Shown: positions 38,115 to 51,371 of the stretch, one piece after another
Position numbering within the stretch: position 1 is the first letter of the stretch
Layout: every line of letters starts with the position of its first letter
DNA from: Squalus acanthias
Taxonomy: Eukaryota
Assembly (NCBI GenBank): GCA_030390025.1
Contig: CM059432.1
Location: forward strand, 4,960,001-5,024,000
Direction of reading: 5' to 3'
DNA length: 64,000 bases
The notes under the pieces: model-generated
What the model was told of the DNA's origin: nothing
Database searches by the model: none
What the model saw: only the letters and a program-made list of their open reading frames with translations
Translations under genes and position numbers: made by a program

Positions 38115-40890
38115 AAGATTTTTTTTTGGTTTATGGGATGTGGGCGTCGCTGGCAAGGCCAGCATGTATTGCCCATCCCTACTTGCCCTTGAGAAGGTAG
38201 TGGTGAGCCGCCTTCTTGAACCGCTGCAGTCCGTGTGGTGAAGCTACTCCCACAGTGCTGTTAGGTAGGGAGTTCCAGGATTCTGACCCAGCGACGATGA
38301 AGGATCGGCGATATACTTCTAAGTCAGGATGGTGTGCGACTTGGAGGGGAACTTGGAGGTGATCGTGTTCCCATGCGCCTGCTGCCCTTGTCCTTCTAGG
38401 TGGAAGAGGTCGCAGCTTTGGGAGGTGCTGTCGAAGAAGCCTTGGCGAGTTGCTGCAGTGCATCTTGTAGATGGTACACACTGCAGCCACGGTACGCCGG
38501 TGGTGGAGGGAGTGAATGTTTAAGGTGGTGGATGGGTTGCCAATCAAGCGGGCTGCTTTGTCCTGGATGGTGTCGAGCTTTTTGAGTGTTGTTGGAGCTG
38601 CACTCATCTAGGCAAGTGGAGAGTATTCCATCACACTCCTTACTTGTGCCTTGTAGATGGTGGAAAGGTGAAATAACAAGAGAAAATGCTGGAAGCACAC
38701 AGCAGGCCAGGCAGCATCCGTGGAGAGAGAAACAGAGTTAATGTTTCAGGTCTGGGACCTTGTAGATGGTGGCAAGGCCTTGGTGAGTCAGGAGGTGAGA
38801 CACTCACCGCAGAATACCTAGTCCCTGACCTGCTCTTTTTGCCACAGTATTTATGTGGCTGGTCCAGTTAAGTTTCTGGTCAATGGTGATCCCCAGGATG
38901 TTGATGGTGGAGGATTCGGCAATGGTAATGCCGTTGAAAGTCAAGGGGCGGTGGTTAGACTCTCACTTGTTGGAGATAGTCATTGCCTGGCACTTCTTTG
39001 GTGTGAATGTTACCTGCCACTTATCAGCCCAAGCCTGAACGTCATCCAGGTCTTGTTGCATGCGGGCATGGATTGCTTCATTATCTGAGAAGTTGTGAAT
39101 GGCACTGAATACTGTGCAGTCATCAGCGAACATCCCCATTTCTGACCTTATGTTGGAGGGAAGGTCATTGATGAAGCAGCTGAAGATGGTTGGGCCTAGG
39201 ATACTGCCCTGAAGAACTCCTGCAACGATGTCCTGGGGCTGTGATGATTGACCTTCAACCACCACAATCATCTTCCTTTGTGTTAGGTATGACTCCAGCC
39301 AGTGGAGAGTTTTCCCCCCGATTCCCATTGACTTCAGTTTTACTAGGGCTCCTTGATGCCACACTCGGTCAAATGCTGCCTTGATGTCAAGGGCAATCAT
39401 TCTCACCTCACCTCTGGAATTCAGCTCTTTTGTCCATGTTTGGGCCAAGGCTGTAATGAGGTCGGGAGCTGAGTGGTCTTGGCAGAACCGAAACTGGGCA
39501 TCAGTGAGCAGGCTATTGGTGAGTAAGTGCCGCTTGATAGCACTGTTGATAACACCTTCCATCATTTTGCTGATGATTGAGAGTAGACTGATGGGGCGGT
39601 AATTGGCCGGATTTGTCCTGCTTTTTATGGACAGGACATACCTGGGCAATTTTCCACATTGTCGGATAGATGCCAGTGTTGTAGCTGTACTGGAACAGCT
39701 TGGCTAGAGGCACGGCTAGTTCTGGAGCACAAGTCTTCAGCATGATAGCCGGGATGTTGTCGGGGCCTTTGCTGTATCCAGTGCGCTCAGCCGTTTCTTG
39801 ATATCACGTGAAGTGAATTGAATTGGCTGAAGACTAGCTTCTGTGATGGTGGGGACCTCAGGAGTAGGCCGATATGGATCATCCACTCGGCACTTCTGGC
39901 TGAAGATGGTTGCAAACGCTTCAGCCTTGTCTTTTGCACTCACGTGCTAGGCTCCACCATCATTGAGGCTGGGGATATTCATGGAGCCTCCTCCTCCCGT
40001 TAGTTGTTTAATGGTCCACCACCATTCACGACTGGATGTGGCAGGACTGCAGAGCTTTGATCTGATCCCTTGATTGTGGGATCTCTTAGCCCTGTCTATA
40101 GCATGCTGCTTCTGCTTTTTAGCGTGCATGTAGTCCTGTGTTGCAGCTTCTCCAGGTTGGCACCTCATTTTTAGGTACGCCTGGTGCTGCTCCTGGCATC
40201 CTCTTCTACCCTCCTTATTGACCAGGGTTGGTCCCCTGGCTTGGTGGTAATGGTAGAGTGAGGGATATGCCAGGCCATGAGGTTACATATTGTGGTGGAA
40301 TACAATTCTGCTGCTGCTGATGGCCCAGAGCGCCTCATGGATGCCCAGTTTTGGGCTGCTAGATCTGTTCTGAATCTATCCCATTTAGCATGGTGGTCGT
40401 GCCACACAACACAATGGAGGGTGTCCTCAGTGTGAAGACGGGGCTTCGTCTCCACAATGACTGTGCGGTGGTCACTGCTACCAATACTGTCATGGACATA
40501 GGTAGATTGGTGAGGACGAGGTCAAGTAGGCTTTTCCCTCATGTTGGTTCTCTCACCACCTGTCGCAGGCCCAGACTGGCAGCTATGTCCTTCAGGACTC
40601 GGCCAGCTCGGTCAGTAGTGGTGCTACCGAGCCACTTTTGGTGATGGACATTGAAGTCCCCCACCCAGAGTACATTCTGTGCCCTAGCTACCCTCAGTGC
40701 TTCTTCCAAGTGGTGTTCAACATGGATGAGTACGGATTCATCAGCTGAGGGAGGGCGGTAGGTGGTAATCAGCAGGAGGTTTCCTTGCCCATGCTTGACC
40801 TGAAGCCATGAGACTTCATGGGGTCCAGAGTCAATGTTGAGGACTCCCAGGGCCACTTCTTCCCGACTGTATACCACTGTGCCGCCATGC
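38115..40890 (-). mobile_element. CR1/L2-group LINE, same family as 24820-28701
   Basis: LWVGDFNVHH, NYRPISLLS, LDIKAAFDRVWH, MFADD, and the same 3' tail. Confidence 0.9.
38669..38757 (-). mobile_element. Family B pLTR fragment inserted in a LINE
   Basis: Homologous to 26161-26236. Flanking duplication CCTTGTAGATGGTGG. Confidence 0.75.
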
Positions 40891-42626
40891 CTGTTTGAGG
40901 CCCCCTTTTCGAAGATTGGTTCGCCCTGCACGCTGGTTGCACTCGGGTCACCTGGCAGAGGCATCACCTGCGAGGCTCAACCTAGAAGGGTCGTAACTTA
41001 ACTGAATGTGGAGTCGGGAGGAGCAGGAGTTCTCTTCCTGACCCCACATTCAAACAACCAATCACTGCTGACTGACTGATGTTGCTATTGTTCCCAATGA
41101 CCAGCCATGAATGACTCCATTGCAAATATGTGGAAGGCAATTGTTAGCTCAGCTGCCAGTGGTCAGCAGTCTCTTCCTGGAAGCGCGGCTGCTGTTCGGT
41201 CACAGAGCTCTTGGACCACCTCTCTGGGAAATCAGAGCCTTTACGAGCACTCCTCCCCTGTCAGCTTGAGATGCCAATAGATGGGTAAGCCGGGTAGGTA
41301 CCCTCCTTGCCCTGCCTTCAGCTGCCTCGGCCCTAGGCTCCGGAATTCCCTTCCTAAACCTCTCTAACTCTCTCTCTCTCTGCCTCTCTACCTCTCTCTC
41401 CTCCTTTAAGACGCTCCTTAAAACCTACCTCTTTGAACAAGCTTTTGGTCGCCTGTCCTAATATCTCCTTATCTGGCTCGGTGTCAAATTTTGTTTGACA
41501 ATCGCTCCTGTGAAGCGCCTTGGGACGTTTTACTATGTTGAAGGTGCTACATAAATGCAAGTTGTTGTTATTTATTCTCTTTATGAGTCCGGAACAACCA
41601 ATTTTTCTTGACTTTTTTTTTGCAAATATGTTGCAGCATGGGAGCAAGACTCAGAGCAGTTGTGACAACGGAACTTCAATACTTGGTCTCTATCAAGCAT
41701 TTACTCGGGTTATATTTTTGTCAAAGCTTATTGAGGAAGATGTACTGCAGATTTCTGTTGAACTCAGCAACAGGAATGTGTTGGAGCAGCCATATATCTT
41801 CAGGGCCATTGCCTTTCATGGCACAGTGCTAGTTAGCTGCTCACATCACAGCTGCTTGTGCTTGAATTTAATGAAGTTGTGACCTCATTCCTTTTCACAA
41901 TTAACCCTGCCATCAGAGTCCATAATTAGAACAATAGCTTGATGCTGGCCCACAATAACTTAAAGGCCAAATGGAAAGCAATAAAAAAATATCTGGAAGT
42001 GTCGTATATTAAGCATCCAATCACTTTGAGTGTCCCACATTAATCATCAATTATTATACTTAAAATGCCATTGTAAACCTCAAATGCCTTTTACCTTCAA
42101 AATATAAAGGGAAGATTTCCTCTGGCAGATAAAGTCTGTCAACTTATTCTTTAGAAATGGGCTTGTGATACTTGATTTTCATCGCGCAACCATTGGCGGC
42201 CGTGCCTTCAGCATGCCAAGGCCCTAAGCTCGGGAATTCCCTGCCTAAACCTCTCCGCCTCTCTCTACCGCCCTAATATCTCCTTATGTCAAATTTTGTT
42301 TTATAACGCTCCTGTGAAGCGCCTTGGGATGTTTTACTACTTTAAAGGTGCTGTATAAATGCAAGTAGTTGTTGTGATTGTCCACAGAGAGAATCTTATG
42401 CCATTACCATAGAACTGAAGAATGTTACCACAGAGAAACACAAGCATCTATTGCCAACTCTTAAACATTAAAATTTGCCATTTAAATTAAGCTCTCCCGT
42501 ATTTTGTGCAAGAGCATTCTAGGCTGTGCAAAAACGCGGGCTAGAGACTCTCATGTAACGCGGTTCTAGCTGGGTTCCAGCCATATAGATCCCCCACCCA
42601 ATTTTCCAGATCTCAGATGAATGAAT

Positions 42627-43088
42627 GAAAGACTTGCATTTCTATAGCGCCTTTCACGACCAGCGGATGTCCCAAAGCGCTTTACAGCCAATGAAGTACT
42701 TTTTGAAGTGTAGTCACTGTTGTAATGTAGGAAATGTGGCAGCCAATTTGCGCACAGCAAGCTCCCACACACAGCAATGTGATAATGATCAGATAATCTG
42801 TTTTTTAGTGATGTTGATTGAGGGATAAATATTGGCCCCAGGACACTGGGGAGAACTCCCCTGCTCTTCTTCGAAATAGTGTCATGGGATCTTTTACGTC
42901 CACCTGAGAGAGCAGACAGGGCCTTTGGTTTAACGTCTCATCTGAAAGATGGCACCTCCGATAGTGCAGCACTCCCTCAGTACTGCACTGGAGTGTCGGC
43001 CTAGATTTTTGTGCTTTGGAGTGAGGACTTGAACCCACAACCTTCTGACTCCGAGGCGAGAGTGCTACCAACTGAGCCACAGCTGACA
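42627..43088 (-). mobile_element. DeuSINE (SacSINE1-like), full length
   Basis: Homologous to the other copies. Confidence 0.88.
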
Positions 43089-43660
43089 TATATTACTTAA
43101 ACTATGACTTAATTACACAACAGATACATAATTACGATAATTGGGAAAAGAACCAGCGGGGAGATGAGGAGAAATGTTTTCACGCAGCGAGTTGTTGTGA
43201 TCTGGAATGCGCTGCCTAAAAGGGCGGTAGAAGCAGATTCAATAGTAACTTTCAAAAGGGAATTGGATAAACACTTGAAAAGGAAAAATTTGCAGGGCTG
43301 TAGGGAAAGAGTGAGATAAACAACCAGATAATGTGTTTTGGTTTCTGTTGGTTGAGGGGTAAATGGTGGCCAGGATACTTTGAGAACTCAAATGCCCCTC
43401 TTCAAATAATGCCTTAGGATCTTTTACATCCACCTGAGTGAGCTAATAGAGCCTGGGTTTAACGCTGCATCTAAAGACAGTGCCTTAGATTATGTACTCA
43501 AGTCCTGGAGTGGTAAGAGCACTACCACTGAACCAAGGCTAATGTACATGGCAGGGAACTTTATTTAAAGAATGAGAAGGTTTGTACCTGCAGTAAGAAA
43601 TCTACCATTCTCCCTCATTTATTCAACAATAAGGAAATTAATGAAAGTAGCACAAAACAC

Positions 43661-44719
43661 TACTTCCTTTTTCCTCAACCGAGGATTCCCCTCTACTGTG
43701 GTTGGCATGGCCCTCGACCGTGTCCGTTCCATTTCCCGCACTTCTGCTCTCACCCCTTCTCCCTCCCAGAACCACGATAGGGTTCCCCTTGTCCTCACCT
43801 TTCACCCCGCCAGCCTCCACATTCAACGGATCATTCTCCGCCATTTCCGCCACCTCCAGCGTGATCCCACCACCAAACACATCTTCCCCTCCCCTCACCT
43901 TTCAGCATTCCGAAGGGACCGCTCCCTCCGCAACACCTTGGTCCACTCCTCAATCACCCCCAACAGCCCCTCTCCTCCCCACGGCACCTTCCCGTGCAAG
44001 CGCAGAAGATGCAACACCTTCCCTTTTACCTCCTCCCTTCCCACTGTCCAGGGCCCCAAACACCCCTTCCAGGTGAAACAGCGATTTACTTGTACTTCTT
44101 GCAATTTAGTATACTGTGTTCGCTGCTCATGATGCGGTCTCCTCTACATTGGGGAGACCAAACGCAGATTGGGTGACCGCTTCGCGGAACACCTCCGTTC
44201 AGTCCGTAAGGGTGACCCCGAGCTTCCGGTCGCCTGTCACTTTAATTCTCCGCTCCACTCCCACTCTGACCTCTCTGTCCTCGGCCTCTTACACTGTTCC
44301 AATGAAGCTCAACGTAAGCTCGAGGAACAGCACCTCATCTTTCCATTAAGCACTTTACAGCCTTCCGGACTCAACATCGAGTTCAACAATTTCAGACTGT
44401 AACCTCTGCCCCTATTTTTTCACATGGCAGCTGTTGATGATTCTACCATCCCCATTTGCAACATTTAATCTCTCCTGCCTTCCATCCTAGCACAGACCGT
44501 CCCTTTTGTTCTTCCCTCCCCTCCCCCCTTTCCCTGCCCCTACACTTGCTTAAAACCTGTTACATCTCTAAAACTTTTTCCAGTTCTGACGAAGGGTCAT
44601 CGGCCTGAAACGTTAACTCGGTTTCTCTCTCCACAGATGCTGCCTGACCTGCTGAGTGTTTCCAGCATTTTCTGTTGTTATTTCAGATTTCCAGCATCCG
44701 CAGTATTTTGCTTTTGTAT
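43661..44719 (+). mobile_element. Penelope-like element, second family, 5'-truncated
   Basis: RVPLVLTFHP, FPCKRRRCNT, LVYCVRC..LYIGET, GLNIEF. TSD TAGCACAAAACAC (43648-43660/44720-44732). Hammerhead motif in the 3' repeat. Confidence 0.92.
44582..44618 (+). ncRNA. Minimal hammerhead motif (family B)
   Basis: AGTT-CTGACGA-A-GGGTC atc GGCCT-GAA-ACGT-T-AACT. Confidence 0.78.
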
Positions 44720-47286
44720 TAGCACAAAACACCAGTGACCAGCTTCTGAAAAGCAGCCTGAAGCTCCTGCATGCCAATAACTTCATCGACACAATAACAT
44801 ACAACAGAACAAATGTATTGATGGGTTTGCGGGGGTGAGCGTTGAAAATTCAACAGTTCTATTAGAACAGTTTAACACTTCCTGTTAGATCCGCAATGGG
44901 GCCATAATTTGCTGTCAAAATAACGGTGAGGCTAATGGCGCTCGCCGTTATTTATGCGCAAATGCTACAGCAACTTCAGGCGAGGGGCAGATGCACGGTT
45001 AAACGTGGAAATCCAAAAGTTACTGTCCAGGTTGCGCTGCTCCGTCGTTAGCTTCGCGAGAACGGCATCTCGTCGTCTTCCTCAGCACTGAAATGCACTG
45101 AACGGTGTGAAGTTGCTGTGTTTGCGCAGCAGATACGAACTAAACTCGCCACAGAAAGTTAAGTCTTGTCTAAGTACCCTTTTAACGCCGTGATAAGTGT
45201 TAATTACTGCCACACAACCTCCCCGGCACTGAAGATGTACTATTACAAGTGTGGAGTCTCACTCCTTCAGGTTTTAATTGTTGGAGATTTTAAAAATGTA
45301 AAATTAAAAAAATACTTTTCCTTTCTGTTTCTTTTTTCTCTCTCCCTTAATCCAATCTTTCTTTCCCTCTGTTTATTCCCTTTCCTGTACCTGATTTGGC
45401 ATTGAATTCACCCCCTCTAACTTACATTTCCTTCTCAGTCCCTGCGCTGTTAATTTCACAATCCTTCGATCTGATTGGTTAAGGAGATACGCAGTTGCAT
45501 CTACTTCCTTAATTTTTCACTCGTAATATGTTACAATCTTGTGGAGATACAATAGGACCTGCTCGGCTCTGTAATATCTGTATACAACCATCTGTTCAGA
45601 CCTGTTTAAGGAGCCTTTAGGCGATTGTCACTAAAATCATTCCTGTAAAGTGCAAAAGTACAGACGCTGCGAGACTTCGGTTGACAATTAGTCTCGCTGT
45701 CCTAAATAAGAAGTGTGCTGGAATTAAAGTGAAGTGTTTTACACACTGAAAGTTAAAAATCTTTCCCTAAAATGCCATACTACATTTGCAAAATAACGTA
45801 GGAAGAAATATATAAAGGAGCAATGCCGGCATAAATAATTTACCAGGACACAATTGGTTTCTTTGTTTGGCAACCGTGGCTTGACATCTGTCAAATACTC
45901 TGGAGTGAATGCTTGCAGGTTTCCAGTATCTCTCGTTCACATTGCTGAAAATTTCATGGGGAAAAAATAACCAAACAAAGGAAATACTATACTTCTCATT
46001 CTTTGGTCTCACCAGAAGACACTAATTCCAGGTTATAACATTACTAATTGGAATTTCCAGTGAACTGCAGAATAACATCATGACTTAGCAGTGTAGAATG
46101 AGGAAGGTTTTCTCAAAGTCTAAGTGACCAGTGTAAAATTCCTTGCAAAGAAAATGCTGTTCAGTGTTACGAAGTATAACGAAGTATTTACAGCACAGAA
46201 ACAGGCCATTCAGCCCAACTGGTCCGTGCCGGTGTTTATGTTCCACACGAGCCTCCTCCCACCCTTCTTTATCCAACCTCATCAACATATCCTTCTATTC
46301 CTTTCTCCCTCATGTGCTTATCTAGCTTTCCCTTAAATGCATCTATGCCGGTCGCCTCAACTACATTCCACATTCTCACCACTCTCTGGGTAAAGAAGTT
46401 TCGAAGAAGAGCAGGGGAGTTCTCCCCGGTGTCCTGGGGCCAATATTTATCCCTCAACCAACATAACAAAAACAGATTATCTGGTCATTATCACATTGCT
46501 GTTTGTGGGAGCTTGCTGTGCGCAAATTGGTTGCCGCGTTTCCTACATTACAACAGTGACTCCACTTTAAATAGTACTTCATTGGCTGTAAAGCGCTTTG
46601 AGACGTCCGGTGGTTGTGAAAGGCGCTATAGAAATGCAAGTCTTTCTTTCCTGAATTCCCTATTGGGTTTATTAGTGACTGTCTTATACTTATGCCCCCT
46701 AGTTCTAGTCTCGCCCACAAGTGGAAACATCTTCTCTACGTCAAACCATTTCAAACGCTTTTAAAATTTTGAAGACCTCTATCAGGTCACCCCTCAGCCT
46801 TCTCTTTTCCACAGAAACGAGCCCCAGCCCGTTCAGCCTTTCCTGGTAACCTCTCAGTTCTGTGCCTAGGTTAAGTGACTTGCAGACAGCATGCACCTGA
46901 CTCAGCAAAAACCCGACAAACCTGCTTGGTGCGCAGAACCTCTGTGATTTATAGGCCTACGCAAACCGAGTGTCAAGAGTGAACGAAAGGTCAAACATTC
47001 TCAGAACTAAATGGATTTAGAAATCCGAATGGAGCAGTTGGTCAGTAATGGATCGTTCTGTTCCTAATCACAAGAGACGCTTTAATACACCAAAATAATA
47101 AGTACGGTAGAATGCCTGTCGGGGCTGAAGACACTTCAGGTTAAAGGTTTGTTCGGAAGAGCAATTCGTCAATCAGACTTTGACCTATGGCATGACTAAA
47201 GGAAACAGAGGAGTAGCAATTTAAATACAGTATGGGTTAGTCACACTCTCGGTGCCACTAGTTCTATGGACTAGTGTTCATTTCTA

Positions 47287-47700
47287 CAGTAGTATAGTGG
47301 TTATGTTACTGGACCAGCAATACAGAGGCCTGGACTAATAATCCAGAGACACGAGTTCAAATCCCACCACGGCAGCCGTGGAATTTAACGTCAATTAATT
47401 AAATCTGGAATAAAAAGCTAGTATCAGTCATGGTGACCATGAAACTACTGGACTGTCACTTAAAAAACCTTCCCCATATAGGGAAGGAAATCTGCTGCCC
47501 TTACCCAGTCTGGCCTATATGTGACTCCAGACCCACAGCAATATGGTTGACTCTTAACTGCCCCTCTGAAATGGCCTAGTAAGACACTCAGTTGTATAAG
47601 GTGGGTCACCACCACCTTCTCAAGGGGCAATTAGGGATGAGCAATAAATACTGGCCTTGCCAACGACGCCCACATCCCGAGAATGAATTAATAAAAAATT
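47287..47700 (+). mobile_element. tRNA-derived SINE sharing its 3' tail with the LINE family at 24820-28701
   Basis: A box TAGTATAGTGG, B box GAGTTCAAATCC and tail CACCACCTTCTCAAGGG..CAATTAGG..GCCCACATCCC. Antisense partial copies at ~33885-33950 and ~62010-62195. Confidence 0.8.
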
Positions 47701-47931
47701 CTAAACTCCAAAGGTATTTAATAGATAAAGTTCAATATTCAAGACTAATATATATATATTTATGTATATTGCATAGTCTACAAAATAAACCTCGCAAGTT
47801 GAGGAAAGACAGCACCAGTACCCGAGTGCTCTGCATAAATCTATGATGCGGAGATGCTGGTGTTGGACTGGGGTGGACAAAAATGAGAAGTCGCACAACA
47901 CCAGGTTATAGTCCAACAGTTTTATTTGAAA

Positions 47932-47968
47932 TTACGAGCTTTCAGAGCGCTGCTCCTTCGTCAGGTAA
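47932..47968 (-). ncRNA. Minimal hammerhead motif (family A; duplicate at 51426-51462)
   Basis: Minus strand TTAC-CTGACGA-A-GGAGC agc GCTCT-GAA-AGCT-C-GTAA. Confidence 0.75.
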
Positions 47969-48978
47969 AGTGAGGGAATACAAATCAGATACAAAGCATA
48001 TATAGACAGAACAATGTGTCTGCAGAGAAACAATCCGTCAGGGAGGCATTACATCAAAGACACAGCAGAATACAGCTAAGACAATGAGGTGGGGTCACAG
48101 GGGGTCCAACGTGTCAAATGCTGCAGTCTGCAGTTAAGCTTTTTACTTTTTTTAAAAACTGGAAATCACACCTGTGAACAAGACAACGACGACTCTAGTC
48201 TGGACTCTAGTCACGTCCTGTAGCGTGACATGAAACCGAGTAAAAAGTACCATCGTTCGCAGCAAATTACCCAGCTGTCAGGAGAACAGCGACCACGACA
48301 CCACACAACCCTGCCACGGCAACCTCTGCAAGACATGCCAGATCATCAACACAGATACCATCATCACACGTGAGGACACTACCCACCAGGTACATGGTAC
48401 ATACTTGTGTGACTCGGCCAACGTTGTCTACCTCATACGTTGTAGGAAAGAATGCACCACAGCATGGTACATCGGCGAGACCATGCAGACACTGAGACAA
48501 CGCATGAACGGACACCGCGCAACAATCGCCAGGCAGGATTGTTACCTCCCAGTCGGGGAACACTTTAGCAGTCAAGGACATTCAGCCTCGGATCTGCGGG
48601 TTAGCGTTCTCCAAGGCGGCCTTCGAGACACACGACAACGCAAAATCATCGAGCAGAAACTGATAGCCAAATTCCGCACCCATGAGGACAGCCTCAACCG
48701 GGATCTCGGTTTCATGTCACGCTACAGGACGTGACTAGAGTCCAGACTAGAGTTGTCGTTGTCTTGTTCACAGATGTGATTTCCAGTTTAAAAAAAAAGT
48801 AAAAAGCTTAACTGCAGACTGCAGCATTTGACACGTTGGACCCCCTGTGACCCCACCTCATTGTTTTAGCTGTACTCTGCTGTGTCTTTGATGTAATGCC
48901 TCCCTGACGGATTGTATCTCTGCAGACACATTGTTCTCTGTCTATATATGCTTTGTATCTGATTTGTATTCCCTCACT

Positions 48979-49015
48979 TTACCTGACGAAGGAGCAGCGC
49001 TCCGAAAGCTCGTAA
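48979..49015 (+). ncRNA. Minimal hammerhead motif (family A; duplicate at 52473-52509)
   Basis: TTAC-CTGACGA-A-GGAGC agc GCTCC-GAA-AGCT-C-GTAA. Confidence 0.8.
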
Positions 49016-49974
49016 TTTCAAATAAAACTGTTGGACTATAACCTGGTGTTGTGCGACTTCTCATTTTTGCATAAATCTAGACTGCACCACTACACCACCA
49101 CCTGGTGGAATAGAATGGTAACTGTAATTGAACTTGCCACTTCATCTGTAATTGTCACCAATTTACTAGTTGATTTCCTATGCAGTCAAGTCCAAGTGTG
49201 GTATTTAGGTCAAGCATGAGAGACTGCCCTTGACATCAAAGCAGCATAGCAACCTAGGAACCGGAATAGGTCATTCAGCCCCTCGAGCCTATTCAGTGAG
49301 ATCGTGACCGAACTCCATATACCTGCCTATGTCCCATAATTGACTGGCGCTTGACCGAGTTTGGCACCAAGGAGCCCCAGTAAAACTGAACTCAGGCGGA
49401 AAACGCTCCAGTGGCTGGAGTCATACCTGGGACAAAGGAAAGGTGGTTGTTGGAAACCAATCATCTCAAACCCAGGACATCGCTGTAGGAGTTCCTCAGG
49501 GCAGCGTCCTAGGCCCAACTCTCTTCAGCCGCTTCATCAATGACCTTCCCTCCATCAGAAATAGGGATGTTCGTTGATGAGTCCACGGCGTTCAGCTCCA
49601 TTCGCAATTCCTCAGATGATGAAGCAGTCCGTGCCCGTGTGCAACAAGAATTGGACAACATCCAGGCTTGGGCTGATAAGTGGCAAGTAACATTCGTGCC
49701 AGGCAATGACTCCAATAGAGAGAGCATTCCTCCCCTTGACATTGAATGGCATTACCATCGCCGAGTCCCCCACCATCAACATCCTGGGGGTCATGACTGA
49801 CCAGAAAATCAACTGGACCAGCTTCAGAGCAGGGCTGAGTATTCTGTGGCGAGTTGCCCACCTCATTTCTTCACCAGCTAGAAGGCACACTTCTCTCACC
49901 CCCAAAAGGCTGTGGATGTTGGGTTAATTGAAATTTTCAAGACTGAGAGCAATAGATTTTTTGTTAGGCTTGGT

Positions 49975-51295
49975 TAGGCCCTCCAATCAGGTTTCCGCCC
50001 CTGCCACAGTACCGAAACAGCTCGAATCAAAGTCACAAATAACATCCTATGTGACTGTGACCGTGGAAAACTATCCCTCCTCGTCCTTCTCAACCTGTTT
50101 GCAGCCTTTGACGTGGTTGACCACACCATCCTCCTCCAAATCCTCTGTCGTCCAGTTGTCTGAGACTCCACTCTGCTGGTTCCATTCTTAACTATGGTGT
50201 CGTTGCCAGAGAATCACCTGCAACGGCTTCTCTTCCTGCTCTTGCATCGTTACCTCTGGTGTCCCCCAAGGATCTATCCTTGGCCCCCTCCGATTTCTCA
50301 GCTACATGCTGCCCCTTGGCAACATCATCCGAAAACACAATGTCAGGTTCCACATGTACACTGACGACACCCAGCTCTACCTCACTACCACCTCTCTCAA
50401 GCCCTCCATTGACTCTAAATTGTCAGACAACTTGTCCGACATCCAGTACTGGATGAGCAGAAATTTCCTCCAACTAAATATTGGGAAGACCGAAGCCATT
50501 GTCTTTGGTCCCTGCCACAAACTCTGTACCCTAACCAGATTCCATCCCTCTCCTATCTGAGGCTGAACCAGACTGTTTGCAATTTTGGTGCTGTGCTGTA
50601 TTTGACCTCGAGATGAGCTTCCGACCACATATCCGCGCCATCACTAAGACTGCCTATTTCCATCTCCGTAACATCGCCCAGCTCCGCCCCTGCCTCAGCT
50701 CATCTGCTGCTGAAACCCTCATCCATGCCTTTGTTATCTCTAGCCTTGACTATTCCAACTCACTCCTGGCCGGCCTCCCATCTTCCACCCTCCATAAACT
50801 TAAAGCTCATGTAAAACTCGGCTGCCCGTATTCTAACTCGCACCAAGTCCCCTTCTCCCATCACGCCTGTGCTTGCTGACCTACATTGGCCGGTTAAGCA
50901 ATGCCTCGATATTAAAATTCTCATCCTTGTTTTCAAATCCCTCCATGGCCTCGCCCCTCCCTATCTCTGTAACCTCCTCCAGCCCTACGACCTTCCGAGA
51001 TCTCTGCGCTCCTCGAATTCTGGCCTCTTGAGCATCCCTGATTTTAATCGCCCCACCATTGGCGGCCGTGCCTTCAGCTGCTGAGACCCTAAGCTCTGGA
51101 ATTCCCTCCCTAAAACTCTCTTTCCTCCTTTAAGATGCTCCTTAAAATCTTCCTCTTTGACCAAGCTTTAGGTCTCCTGTCCTAATATCGCCTTACGTGG
51201 CTCAGTGTCAAATTTTGTTTGATAATCACTCCTGTGAAGCGCCTTGGGACGTTTTATTACATTAAAAGAGCTACATAAATGCAAGTTGTTGTTGT
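49975..51295 (+). mobile_element. L2 LINE 3' fragment (duplicate at ~53469-54788)
   Basis: [47 protein letters not shown]. Confidence 0.9.
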
Positions 51296-51371
51296 AAGGG
51301 TATTAATGAATATGGAGCAAAGGCAGGTAAATGGAGTTGAGGTACAGATCAGCCACAATCTAATTGAATGG

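Larger units (their letters stand above)
47844..49067 (+). mobile_element. Penelope-like element with inverted 5' pLTR
   Basis: GIY-YIG ORF at 48405-48734; ~360-bp inverted repeat (47879-48240 vs ~48703-49067); TSD TGCATAAATCTA. Confidence 0.92.
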
